DNA of 64,000 nucleotides, taken from the NCBI GenBank assembly GCA_043780835.1, contig JAYWCB010000005.1, forward strand, positions 125,945 through 189,944. Reading direction: 5' to 3'. The DNA is from Minisyncoccota bacterium (GTDB lineage: Bacteria > Patescibacteriota > Minisyncoccia > Phycocordibacterales > UBA2100). Each line of letters starts with the position of its first letter. The stretch's first letter is position 1. This document shows positions 28,971 through 38,644 of the stretch, piece after piece. The notes under the pieces are model-generated. The model was not told where the DNA came from. It made no database searches and saw only the letters and a list, made by a program, of their open reading frames with translations. The translations under genes and the position numbers were made by a program.

Positions 28971-29317
28971 CGCTTTTTTGATTCATCATTGCGAGTAAGA
29001 GAGAGGGATTTGAAAGCGAGCCCTGGGGCCCCATCAGTAGATGGGGATGGGCGAGCAGGGCTGAGAGGAAAAACTTTGCGACGGCAAAGTTTTGAGCTCT
29101 TGGCCAAATCTCTCTCAAATAACGCCGAGTTGGGGTCGCACAAAATTGCAGCAGCGATTTATGAGTGACCAAATCCCTCTTCATATATCAAGTTCTTGAG
29201 TTGTCACTCCGGAAGCCGGAGCTGGAAAGTGAGCGGAAAATATCATTCAATCGGTAGATCAATGAATGAGTTGTTGTAATCGTGGAAGCATGGCACTGAT
29301 ATACTCAAGCAAACGCC

Positions 29318-30151
29318 ATGTTCCGTATTTTCCGTAAAACGAGCACATATATGCTCCTGTGCATCGCGATGCTCATAGGACTTTATGTTGTCTTTGCATT
29401 CATCACCCACCCGTCGCTTGACCGTAATTGGACACCTGATCAGAGTGTACTCGCGCGCGCAAAAATCAATGGATCGTTAGTCAATATAAAAAATATCCGA
29501 AACATTAACTATCGGAGTGTGTCTGACTACGACGTTCGCTACTATGACAAAACCTTTAATGTAAATGATATCGAATCTGCATGGTTCGTCGTTGAGCCGT
29601 TTTCAGGTCATGGATTTGGTGCGGCACATACGCTGGTTTCGTTCGGTTTTAAGGGTGGAGAGTATGTGGCGATTTCCGTGGAAATCCGCAAAGAAAAAGG
29701 GGAATCGTTTTCACCGATCTTGGGAGTGCTGCGTCAGTACGAAATCGTGTACGTGATAGCCGACGAGCGCGATGTCATAAAATTGCGAACCAATTACCGC
29801 AAAGACGATGTCTTTTTGTATCCGATACATACCACAAAGGAAAATATGCGTAAAATGTTCCTGTCGATGGTTACGAGGGCTAATACTCTTGCCACGTACC
29901 CCGAGTTTTATAACACGCTCACGAACACGTGTACGACAAACCTCGTCGCCCATGTAAATGAAATCGTGCCGGGACGAATTCCGTTTAGTTATAAAATTTT
30001 GATGCCTGCATATTCAGATGAACTAGCCGAGAAACTCGGTCTGATCGATTCAACGCTGCCGATCACCGCATTGCGCGCGCAGCACCTGATAAATGAGAAA
30101 GCATTGCGCTATGCTGATGACCCGCTTTTTTCTGAAAAGATTCGACAATAG
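29318..30151 (+). CDS. DUF4105-like membrane-anchored protein
   Basis: N-terminal TM; DRNWTPDQ...VEPFSGHGFGAAHTLVSFGF...AISVEIRKEKGESFSPILGVLRQYEIVYVIADERD pattern recalled for DUF4105/Lnb-N. Confidence 0.5.
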   Translation: MFRIFRKTSTYMLLCIAMLIGLYVVFAFITHPSLDRNWTPDQSVLARAKINGSLVNIKNIRNINYRSVSDYDVRYYDKTFNVNDIESAWFVVEPFSGHGFGAAHTLVSFGFKGGEYVAISVEIRKEKGESFSPILGVLRQYEIVYVIADERDVIKLRTNYRKDDVFLYPIHTTKENMRKMFLSMVTRANTLATYPEFYNTLTNTCTTNLVAHVNEIVPGRIPFSYKILMPAYSDELAEKLGLIDSTLPITALRAQHLINEKALRYADDPLFSEKIRQ

Positions 30152-30232
30152 TTTCGCCATTGCGATACAAGCAGTACCTGGCGACGCCATTTTTCATTGC
30201 GACTTTGCATATAGGCAGTACCATTCATATAT

Positions 30233-30625
30233 ATGACAATAGATCTCTGGTACCTCGCCTTCACGGCAATGCTCACCGCGACTCTTTGGATTCCATACAT
30301 CGTCTCACAGGTCATGGCCAATGGACCACTGAAGCCGGCCAATTATATAGACCCGACCCCGCGCCCTACCGCTCTCTGGGGCCAACGTGCACATCGGGCA
30401 TATTTGAATGCAATTGAAGTGTTCGCTCCGTTTGCGGCACTCGTATTAATTGCGCACATTACCGGCACGGCAAACGGTATGACTGCGCTGTGGTCAATGG
30501 TGTTCTTTTGGTCACGCGTGGTACACGCAGCGGTATATTATGCGGCCATTCCATATATTCGGACGCTCTCGTTTACGGTTGGGTTTATCGCCGTTGCAGG
30601 AATATTTTTGCAGGTAATTCGGTAG
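30233..30625 (+). CDS. MAPEG-family membrane protein
   Basis: 130 aa, 3-4 TM, RAHRAYLNAIEVFAPFAALVLIA motif. Confidence 0.6.
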   Translation: MTIDLWYLAFTAMLTATLWIPYIVSQVMANGPLKPANYIDPTPRPTALWGQRAHRAYLNAIEVFAPFAALVLIAHITGTANGMTALWSMVFFWSRVVHAAVYYAAIPYIRTLSFTVGFIAVAGIFLQVIR

Positions 30626-30743
30626 GCTACTCCGACGGTGAAACGGTTGACCGAGGCAACTCGGTGGGCCGCCATCTCTTCCAGCGGCAATTACGTATAA
30701 ATTTGAAACCACTGAACAGTTATACAGTTCGAACTCTAAGCTT

Positions 30744-31973
30744 TTATTGACCAGCTGACTGTTCTATAAATTTAGTTAACGAATCGTTCATTGTAGATAT
30801 TGACGGCTGTATGTGAGCCGTACCCCATTGCGTGAGTGTTACCGAATACAGGGAGTGTGTATCTTTTTCTGCCAGTACTGCTGAAACAGAGGCTGAGCCG
30901 TCTATATCTCTATAGGGTCTTACGGATTTGCAAATAGAAATCCCATAGATCCCTTCATTTTCCGGATAGGTTCCCGTCGACTCCTTAGTGGTCACGCGAC
31001 AATCATCGGTCACGGGATCGTATGCGAGCGCACAGCGACCCGCGTCCATCGCGCATGCGGCAAAGTCCCATTTTAAAAGCTGAATAACAGTGCTCTTGTC
31101 TTGGTTGTTCTCTTTATCGATTCGCCATGCCTTTACTATGTGAGGATTCTGATCCATTGCGTCATTGTCGGGAACAAGGAGATAACCAGTTGGAACAAAT
31201 ACAGGTAAATTTGTAGATACTTGCCCTTCGCGTTCGCGTAAACAGCTTGTACGCACCCGCCCCACAAAAAGGTCCGCGTATTGACCATCAATCCGCTTAC
31301 GTATTGCACACGTTTTTGAATCCAAAATTTCAGTATCAGAGTACGCAATACACTCTATTTTGTTCACTTCACTCACGCGTCTGCATATCGAAGGATCCTT
31401 TTTTAAAAATGCCAATTTAGAGTACAGGGCATCTTTTCGATATTCTTTTGTGGCTAGTTTCAATTGCAGTTCAATAAGCGCCGTGCTACCTGTCGCTTGC
31501 TCAATTGCATCGAACATTTCGTTCATAACGCTACTTCCGTTGAACAAAACAAACATTATGACCGGAATGATAAGCGCAGAAAGTCCTAAAAGAATGTCTT
31601 TAAATCCGGCAGCGCGCAACTGTAGCGGATCAATTTTATCTTTCACTACCCATCCTTTTGCGGCGGAATATTGTAATAAGGCAAGAATAAAAATAACAAC
31701 GGCAGATAGAATGTTGCAGAATACTAACAGCGGTACAATAAACAACGCAAAGCCGGCGGTAACAACGATCGCCACAAGTGACAGTCCGAAGAATATTATC
31801 TGGCTTACCGCGAGAATGCGAAATGCAAACGTCAAACGAGAATCGAGCACGCTACTTTTTTGAAATTGTTTCCGCAAAGCGCGCCATCCAAAAAAGCTGG
31901 ACAAAAGATACAAAATTATAGTTTCTATGCCTACGTAAAGGAATATTGGCGCAAATGACTTTAATATTTCCAT
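30744..31973 (-). CDS. hypothetical membrane protein with Cys-rich C-terminal extracytoplasmic domain
   Basis: 4-5 N-terminal TM then ~220-aa soluble domain with 10 Cys. Confidence 0.45.
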   Translation of the reverse strand: MEILKSFAPIFLYVGIETIILYLLSSFFGWRALRKQFQKSSVLDSRLTFAFRILAVSQIIFFGLSLVAIVVTAGFALFIVPLLVFCNILSAVVIFILALLQYSAAKGWVVKDKIDPLQLRAAGFKDILLGLSALIIPVIMFVLFNGSSVMNEMFDAIEQATGSTALIELQLKLATKEYRKDALYSKLAFLKKDPSICRRVSEVNKIECIAYSDTEILDSKTCAIRKRIDGQYADLFVGRVRTSCLREREGQVSTNLPVFVPTGYLLVPDNDAMDQNPHIVKAWRIDKENNQDKSTVIQLLKWDFAACAMDAGRCALAYDPVTDDCRVTTKESTGTYPENEGIYGISICKSVRPYRDIDGSASVSAVLAEKDTHSLYSVTLTQWGTAHIQPSISTMNDSLTKFIEQSAGQ

Positions 31974-32039
31974 AGGATCATTCCATTCACGTTAGCATGA
32001 CTTTCACCGATTGTTTTCCTGATATGCTTACCCTGACGT

Positions 32040-32444
32040 ATGAAATATGATGGCGGCAAAAAGGTGCTTCTCCTCGACGACGAAAAATTGCTCGTGGATA
32101 TTTATAAACAAAAGCTCGAACAGAGCGGCTACAGCGTAGCTCCATTTTATTCAGGAGATGATGCGCTGACCGCGATGCGCTCAGGGTATACGCCAGATGT
32201 CATACTGTTCGATATAACCATGCCGCAAGGCATGAGCGGATACGAATTTTTGGAACGCGTACAGAGTGAACAGTTGGCCGTACACAGTTATAAAATAGCA
32301 CTGACCAATGATGGCCAAGATGCAGAGATTATCCGATTAATGGAGCTCGGCGCACATGCGCATTGGATGAAATCGGAACTCCTTCCAATCGAGATCGTAG
32401 CCGGTGTCACAAACGTGCTCGCCGAATCACACAGTCGGGAATAG
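32040..32444 (+). CDS. single-domain response regulator (CheY-like receiver)
   Basis: VLLLDDEK.., phospho-acceptor ILFDITMP, downstream T/K positions conserved. Confidence 0.7.
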   Translation: MKYDGGKKVLLLDDEKLLVDIYKQKLEQSGYSVAPFYSGDDALTAMRSGYTPDVILFDITMPQGMSGYEFLERVQSEQLAVHSYKIALTNDGQDAEIIRLMELGAHAHWMKSELLPIEIVAGVTNVLAESHSRE

Positions 32445-32708
32445 TTAAGATCTTTTTAATTCGCACTCATGCGCGAATGGATTTTAAAGTATATTATGGC
32501 GCTTTCTTACACTTGGTATACTTACGCCTATGATTGATTATTTGTTCGCGTCTAAGCCATACTATTTATGGCTTGCGCTCGCACTTCCCGTGCTCTCCTC
32601 CGTATTTCTTATTTCGAAAATCGATGACTTCAGTCGTCATTTTGTTACTTCAACACGCGTGCCCGGGTCCGAACTGACGATCGATCCCAATGGGCTATAA
32701 ACGACGGT

Positions 32709-33425
32709 TTGTATTTAATAATTGAAGCGTATACTGTCGCGATGAATCGGTACCGCTGGTGCCTCGTTGCGCTTTTTTCCGTGTCGTGGATTCTTGCGGC
32801 AGTGAATCCGGTCGATCGCGGTACATGGGCAGTAGAGAATATACTCGTGGTCATTTTCGCGTTCGTACTTATTTCATTAGGACGGTATTTTAAGCTGTCC
32901 GACGTCTCGTACACATTTATAACGCTTTTCCTTATTCTCCATCTGATTGGGGCGCATTGGACGTACGCAAACGTTCCGTTCGGCTATTACTTGCAGGACC
33001 TCATTCATTCACCGCGCAACATGTATGACCGCGTCGTACATTTTTCGTTCGGGTTTCTCATGGTGTATCCGATACGCGAAGTGTTTGTACGCGTGACCGG
33101 TGCGAAGGGCGTATGGGGATACTATTTTCCACTCGATGTGGTGATGTCATTTTCTGCGATATACGAAATCATTGAATGGATCAGCGCTTTTGTGGCAGAT
33201 CCTGTAACGGCGTCATCGTTTATGGGATCGCAAGGGGATATATGGGATACACAAAAGGACATGGCGGCTGCTGGAGTGGGTGCGCTTATCGCGGTCGCGA
33301 TTGTGTTCTCGATCAATTATTTTTATAATCGGAAACTCGGAGAGGAAATGCGCGAAAGCCTTCGGATCAAAGATCCGAACCCCCACGGAGAAGAAAGTTT
33401 CTGGAGCAGATCACCGTTTATATAA
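32709..33425 (+). CDS. DUF2238 (YjdF-like) membrane protein
   Basis: HLIGAHWTYANVPFG...YDRVVHFSFGFL...SAIYEIIEW pattern; a 58-aa ORF (32530..32706) just upstream could be a split N-terminus. Confidence 0.5.
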   Translation: MYLIIEAYTVAMNRYRWCLVALFSVSWILAAVNPVDRGTWAVENILVVIFAFVLISLGRYFKLSDVSYTFITLFLILHLIGAHWTYANVPFGYYLQDLIHSPRNMYDRVVHFSFGFLMVYPIREVFVRVTGAKGVWGYYFPLDVVMSFSAIYEIIEWISAFVADPVTASSFMGSQGDIWDTQKDMAAAGVGALIAVAIVFSINYFYNRKLGEEMRESLRIKDPNPHGEESFWSRSPFI

Positions 33426-33569
33426 GTCGAACGGGGCTTATGACGTTTACGGTTCAGGTTTAGGAGCGGGATTCAGTGTAATAGTGATAGGTCGCCTACA
33501 ATTGAATTCTGCCTTACGTGTGGTAGGCTCGCGGCAGAAGAAAGTAACATATGAGAAAAGGGCTTAACA

Positions 33570-34679
33570 ATGCTTTCCAAGAAGATCATAGCGTACCTCT
33601 TTCGTCGGGCTGGGGTCGTTATTAATGGGTCTCATGATCGGGATCCGCAAATCCATGATGAGCGATTCTATCGTCGGGTACTCTTTCAGGGATCAGTTGG
33701 TCTCGGTGAGTCGTATGTCGACGGCTGGTGGGACTGCAAGCGGATCGATTTGTGTATCGACATGCTGCTGAGAAGCGGTATTGCAGATCTCGTACCTCGT
33801 GGTGATGCGTGGTGGCTTGCCATCCAAAATACGATTACCGATCGACAAAATCGCAGTCGCTCAATTCGTGTCGCGGAAAAACATTACGATACGGATCCGA
33901 ACTTCTTCGTCGACTACATTTTAGGGCCCACGAATAGTTACACCTGTGCGCGCTGGAATGGTGTTCGCGACCTTGATGCAGCGCAGACTCAGAAAATGGA
34001 ACTGCTTTGTCGAAAGGCGAAGTTGAAACCGAATCAAACTGTACTCGATATCGGGTGCGGATGGGGAGGATTCCTTGCCCATGCATCCGCAAACTACGGG
34101 ACACAGGGCATCGGATTAAGCATATCGAAGCCGCAACTCGATTTTGCGCGGGAGCGATATCGAAATTTGCCGGTTGAATACCGTATGCAAGACTATCGGG
34201 ATTTCGATGGGACCGCTGACGCTGCGGTTTCGATCTGCATGGTTGAACACGTGGGCCATACGCACTTGCGTGAGTACTTCGACATGGTTCGCAATGCGCT
34301 TCCTTCTCGCGGGTACTTTGCATTGCAATGCATCGTTGCGCGTGCGGCCAGTTCGGTTCGCGACGCGTGGCTCGATAAGCACATCTTTCCGGGAGGAGAT
34401 CTGCTGACGATTGATAGTCTGAAGAAGGCTACGCGGGGCTTGTTCCATATTCTCGACACTGAAGAATTCGGAGAAGACTACGTGCGAACCCTTCGTGTAT
34501 GGCACGCGAATCTCGTAAAGCATCGCGATGCGATCATAAAAAAATACGGCCTCCGGCATTTCCGCACGTATGAGTACTACTTCCTTATGTGTGCAGGTGC
34601 GTTCCTTTCGGATCGCATTACGGTTATGCAGATCGTACTGTCCCCCGAACGTCGCGAGTACACGATAGAGAGACTCTAA
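33570..34679 (+). CDS. cfa: cyclopropane-fatty-acyl-phospholipid synthase
   Basis: SAM-binding VLDIGCGWGG; full-length Cfa architecture. Confidence 0.85.
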   Translation: MLSKKIIAYLFRRAGVVINGSHDRDPQIHDERFYRRVLFQGSVGLGESYVDGWWDCKRIDLCIDMLLRSGIADLVPRGDAWWLAIQNTITDRQNRSRSIRVAEKHYDTDPNFFVDYILGPTNSYTCARWNGVRDLDAAQTQKMELLCRKAKLKPNQTVLDIGCGWGGFLAHASANYGTQGIGLSISKPQLDFARERYRNLPVEYRMQDYRDFDGTADAAVSICMVEHVGHTHLREYFDMVRNALPSRGYFALQCIVARAASSVRDAWLDKHIFPGGDLLTIDSLKKATRGLFHILDTEEFGEDYVRTLRVWHANLVKHRDAIIKKYGLRHFRTYEYYFLMCAGAFLSDRITVMQIVLSPERREYTIERL

Positions 34680-34698
34680 ATAGCAAGGCGCGGCCCAT

Positions 34699-35214
34699 GT
34701 GGCCGCGCCTTTTGTTTGCCGGCAGTTAGTACATACTAGATGTATGCAGCAGGCGACTATTTGTTATTGCATCAACGATAGCCGGGTGTTACTCGGTATG
34801 AAAAAAGCCGGGTTCGGAAAAGGGAAATGGAACGGCTTCGGCGGCAAAATTGATGCAGGGGAAACCAACGAAGAGGCAGCCGCGCGCGAATTATTCGAAG
34901 AGGCGAGCATTGCGACCGATCCACACACGCTTGAAAAGATTGCGCAAATTAAATTTTATTTCGGTACGAAGCCGAAGTTTGAATGTCATGCCTATATTGC
35001 GCGCTCATGGGAGGGAGATCCTACGGAAAGCGATGAAATGGCACCTCAGTGGTTTGATCTTGAGTCCATGCCGCTCGCGCATATGTGGATTTCAGATTCC
35101 GTGTGGCTCTTGCCTGCACTTCATGGCGAGCACGTGCGAGGAGCAGTCCATTTTGATGACGCAGGTTCTCATGTGGTGCGCATCGAACTTGAGCCCGTGT
35201 CGTTTTCCTCATGA
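34699..35214 (+). CDS. NUDIX hydrolase (MutT-like)
   Basis: Nudix box GGKIDAGETNEEAAARELFEEASI; start may be internal Met (~34744). Confidence 0.65.
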   Translation: MAAPFVCRQLVHTRCMQQATICYCINDSRVLLGMKKAGFGKGKWNGFGGKIDAGETNEEAAARELFEEASIATDPHTLEKIAQIKFYFGTKPKFECHAYIARSWEGDPTESDEMAPQWFDLESMPLAHMWISDSVWLLPALHGEHVRGAVHFDDAGSHVVRIELEPVSFSS

Positions 35215-35225
35215 GCACATGACCT

Positions 35226-36077
35226 GTGATAGGATCACGTCCAATGGTGCGCAATTTCCGCGACATGCTCGAAAAGAACTGGGCGGCGGGTAAATTTCTT
35301 TGTGTTGGACTCGATCCGGACTTTGAGAAAGTTCCTGAACACTTGAAGCGGCACGGCATTCATGACGCGCTGCTCGCTTTCAATCGAGGCATTATTGATG
35401 CGACTGCAGATATTGCCGGCTCATACAAACCCAATACGGCGTTTTATGAGGCATACGGAGATATTGGATGGGAGGTACTCCGAGAGACTATTCAATATAT
35501 ACGTGAGAATGCACCGGATGCACCGGTTATAGCTGACGCAAAGCGCGGCGACATCGGAAATTCAAATAACGGATATGTGGATGCAATCTTTAAGCATTTG
35601 CAGGCGGACGCGATTACCGTGCACCCGTATCTCGGCGCTGAAGCGCTCAAGCCGTTTCTCGAACAATCGGACAAAGGGGTAATCGTGCTCTGTCGTACGT
35701 CCAACCCGGGAGCTCGCGAGGTGCAAGATCTGCTCGTGGGTGACATTCCGCTCTATCAAGCGGTTGCCCGGATGGTTGCGGACTCATGGAATGCAAACGG
35801 CAACTGTGCACTTGTAGTCGGAGCTACGTATCCGAACGAACTCGCGCTCGTGCGCTCGATTGCGCCTGATCTGCCGATTCTGATTCCGGGAGTCGGCGCG
35901 CAAGGTGGTGATGTAAAAAAGACGATTGAAAACGGTCGTGATGCGCGAGGTTGCGGTATGATCATCGCGTCGTCACGCGCTATTATGTACGCTTCGAATG
36001 GTACAGATTTTGAGGAAGCGGCGCATCGCGCTGCATACGCGCTGGATAGCGCTATTCGAGAAGCGGCAGTACGATAG
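35226..36077 (+). CDS. pyrF: orotidine 5'-phosphate decarboxylase (type 2)
   Basis: FLCVGLDPD, ADAKRGDIGNS motifs. Confidence 0.85.
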   Translation: MIGSRPMVRNFRDMLEKNWAAGKFLCVGLDPDFEKVPEHLKRHGIHDALLAFNRGIIDATADIAGSYKPNTAFYEAYGDIGWEVLRETIQYIRENAPDAPVIADAKRGDIGNSNNGYVDAIFKHLQADAITVHPYLGAEALKPFLEQSDKGVIVLCRTSNPGAREVQDLLVGDIPLYQAVARMVADSWNANGNCALVVGATYPNELALVRSIAPDLPILIPGVGAQGGDVKKTIENGRDARGCGMIIASSRAIMYASNGTDFEEAAHRAAYALDSAIREAAVR

Positions 36078-36092
36078 TTAAAATTTAACCGT

Positions 36093-36722
36093 ATGAATGA
36101 GTCAGACATACTCGATATTCTGCAAAAAGTTGGTGCGTTTCGCTCCGGACATTTTGTATTTGTTTCCGGATTACATGCGGATACGTATGTGAACAAAAAC
36201 GCGATGTATCCGTACACTCGCGAAATGTCGAAGCTGTGCCTCGACGTCGCTCGTCGCTTCGTGGGAAAAAATATAGACGCAGTGGTCGGTCCCGCAACTG
36301 GTGGGGTTATTTTATCGCAGTGGGTTGCATACCATCTTTCGGAGCTTGAAGGGCGGGAAGTATACGGCATCTACGCGGATAAAGATGCGGACGGATTTGT
36401 TATAAAGCGCGGGTACAACGATCTGATCAAGGGGAAAAATGTACTCGTGGTTGAGGATCTTGTTACAACCGGCGGCTCTCTTGCCAAAGTAATTGAAGCG
36501 GCTCGATCAGAAGGTGCCACCGTTATCGGCGCGGTCGCGATATGCAACCGTGGCGGTGTCACCGGAGAGATGATCGGAAATCCGCCGGAGTTCGTATCGA
36601 TGCTCAGTGTTGATCTGGATCAGTGGCCCGAGTCAGACTGCGATCTTTGCAAACGCAATATCCCGATTAATACCGATGTGGGTCACGGCAAGGAATTCTT
36701 GGCAAATAAGCACGCCGCATGA
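36093..36722 (+). CDS. pyrE: orotate phosphoribosyltransferase
   Basis: PRPP-binding VLVVEDLVTTGGS. Confidence 0.85.
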   Translation: MNESDILDILQKVGAFRSGHFVFVSGLHADTYVNKNAMYPYTREMSKLCLDVARRFVGKNIDAVVGPATGGVILSQWVAYHLSELEGREVYGIYADKDADGFVIKRGYNDLIKGKNVLVVEDLVTTGGSLAKVIEAARSEGATVIGAVAICNRGGVTGEMIGNPPEFVSMLSVDLDQWPESDCDLCKRNIPINTDVGHGKEFLANKHAA

Positions 36723-37084
36723 GCAAAAAGATAGTATTCGCCATTCTCTCTATTATTATATTGAGTAGTGGTCTGTATCTTTGGGTATCGCACAGCGATA
36801 CGCGCACCGTAGTTGCAAAAACAATGCCTCCGGTAACGGCGTATTCAGGTCCGATCACGCTCGCGATGGTAGCCTCACATAACACGCAGACAAGTTGTTG
36901 GACGGTGATCGATGGCGGCGTATACGATCTGACAGGGTGGATTCCAAATCATCCCGGCGGAGAGCGTGCCATTCTCAGTTTGTGCGGACACGACGGAAGC
37001 GGCGCATTTCATGGTCAACATGATGACGCAAAGCGACAAGCAGATATTCTTGCAACATTTAAAATCGGCACGATAACGCAGTAA
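36719..37084 (+). CDS. membrane-anchored cytochrome b5-like heme-binding domain protein
   Basis: HNTQTSCWTVIDGGVYDLTGWIPNHPGG (cyt-b5 HPGG motif); ATGA overlap with pyrE. Confidence 0.6.
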   Translation: MSKKIVFAILSIIILSSGLYLWVSHSDTRTVVAKTMPPVTAYSGPITLAMVASHNTQTSCWTVIDGGVYDLTGWIPNHPGGERAILSLCGHDGSGAFHGQHDDAKRQADILATFKIGTITQ

Positions 37085-37164
37085 TAAACTCACGCTGTCT
37101 TCATGAATGGTAGTGATATACTGGTTGTAACTCGTTTACGAATATAAAAATATAAAAAATTGTT

Positions 37165-37677
37165 ATGCGAAATCTTCTATGGATTATTGTTGCGATTGTT
37201 ATCATCGGCGGAGGATTTTGGTGGTGGAATATGTCCGGAAATACTTCTTTGAGTAATACCAATACCGCAGTCAATGAAAATGCCGCATCAAACGCACTGG
37301 TGGCGACCACAACTGCAAATACTTCTGTTACCACTCCGGTTGCGACACCGCCGGCACAGCCAACAACCGTCACGATTGCCTACGACGGCAAGGTTTTCTC
37401 GCCGAAAACAGTCACGGTGAAAGTTGGTGATACTGTCATGTTTCAGAATTCGACGAAGAAAAATATGTGGATTGCGTCTGACGAGCATCCAACGCACACG
37501 GAATTCGACGGCACATCTCGCACAACGCACTGCGCAGCCAACTACACTGGTGCTACGCCGTTTGACCAGTGCAAGCCTGCAACGACTGACTACTCCTTCA
37601 CATTCACTAAGGCGGGAGCGTTCTCATTCCATGACCACTTGAATGCAAGTGCGAGCGGTACAGTGACAGTGCAGTAA
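37165..37677 (+). CDS. membrane-anchored cupredoxin-like domain protein (putative)
   Basis: TM, Thr-rich linker, beta domain VKVGDTVMFQN...HPTH...C...FHDH; ligand spacing atypical. Confidence 0.35.
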   Translation: MRNLLWIIVAIVIIGGGFWWWNMSGNTSLSNTNTAVNENAASNALVATTTANTSVTTPVATPPAQPTTVTIAYDGKVFSPKTVTVKVGDTVMFQNSTKKNMWIASDEHPTHTEFDGTSRTTHCAANYTGATPFDQCKPATTDYSFTFTKAGAFSFHDHLNASASGTVTVQ

Positions 37678-37681
37678 GTCT

Positions 37682-38038
37682 ATGAATAGGGAACGGTTCG
37701 CTGACTTTGTGCTCCGTGCAGGACTTGCGTTTGCATTCCTGTATCCGCCGATCAATGCGATATTCGACCCCAACGCATGGATAGGCTATTTTCCCTCGTT
37801 CCTGCGAGGGCGTGTGGAAGATCTCGTGCTCCTGCATACGTTCGGCCTCATAGAAGTCATCATTGCGCTCTGGATACTCAGCGGTAAACGAATTTTCTGG
37901 CCCTCAGCTGCGGCATTCGTTATGCTCATCGCCATCGTGACAATGGACTATACGGAGTTTCAAGTCGTATTTCGCGACCTCTCGATCGCCACCATCGCGC
38001 TCTATCTCGCGATACGAAACTATCCCCGTTCGGCATAA
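37682..38038 (+). CDS. small membrane protein (DoxX-like?)
   Basis: 118 aa, 3-4 TM. Confidence 0.3.
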   Translation: MNRERFADFVLRAGLAFAFLYPPINAIFDPNAWIGYFPSFLRGRVEDLVLLHTFGLIEVIIALWILSGKRIFWPSAAAFVMLIAIVTMDYTEFQVVFRDLSIATIALYLAIRNYPRSA

Positions 38039-38052
38039 CAATTCGAACATAA

Positions 38053-38082
38053 GAAAAACCCGTGGTACCACGGGTTTTTCTT
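38053..38082 (+). terminator. rho-independent terminator
   Basis: AAAAACCCGTGG-TA-CCACGGGTTTTTCTT. Confidence 0.6.
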
Positions 38083-38098
38083 ATGACATAGTGTTCCA

Positions 38099-38644
38099 AT
38101 GATGTTCGAAAATGCAGGTCGCGAATATAAAAAGCGACTCGAAAGTAATCGGGAACGTTTTGAGAAAGCAGGCGAATCAATTAAAACAATACAAGAAATG
38201 GAGAACCTTTTTCATGAGCATGAGGCTCTTTTGCAGAGAGCTTCAACGGGAGAAATTGATACGGAAACCTATATGCTAGAAAAAGAGCGGCTGGATACGG
38301 CGCTCGGCGCCGTCGAAGTCGACTCAATCATGGAGCTGCGTACGCTTTTAATCGAGGCTGGTTATGCGGATGAAGAAGCTGACTATTGGGCTGCACACGA
38401 AAATGCTCACGCGAATAAGGCCCAAGAGCTCGGTCTGCCAGTGCAGTACCAGGTCTTTCGAGCGACACATCGGGACGCAGATGGCACCGTTACACGAAAA
38501 ATACTGCCCGCTGTCTCGGTCGGATATAACGCTGAACAGACGCATGCGGAACGTGCAAAAGACAATCGCGCTGTAACATCCGCGCCAGACGAATTGAGTG
38601 AGGGTGATAAGCGCGTGCTCGGGTCATTCGATAAAGGCAACTAG
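38099..38644 (+). CDS. hypothetical protein (181 aa)
   Basis: ORF; acidic, helical. Confidence 0.4.
   Translation: MMFENAGREYKKRLESNRERFEKAGESIKTIQEMENLFHEHEALLQRASTGEIDTETYMLEKERLDTALGAVEVDSIMELRTLLIEAGYADEEADYWAAHENAHANKAQELGLPVQYQVFRATHRDADGTVTRKILPAVSVGYNAEQTHAERAKDNRAVTSAPDELSEGDKRVLGSFDKGN

Noticed and set aside
28990-29130. tmRNA, RNase P, SRP or 6S RNA identity for the structured tract
   Set aside because: It has no tRNA-like domain, no P4 GGAAAGUCCGG motif and no AGGAAGCAGC SRP motif.
33835-34559. Minus ORFs of 162 and 147 aa inside cfa
   Set aside because: They are antisense shadows.
35756-36370. 204-aa minus ORF spanning pyrF/pyrE
   Set aside because: It is antisense to two well-supported biosynthetic genes.
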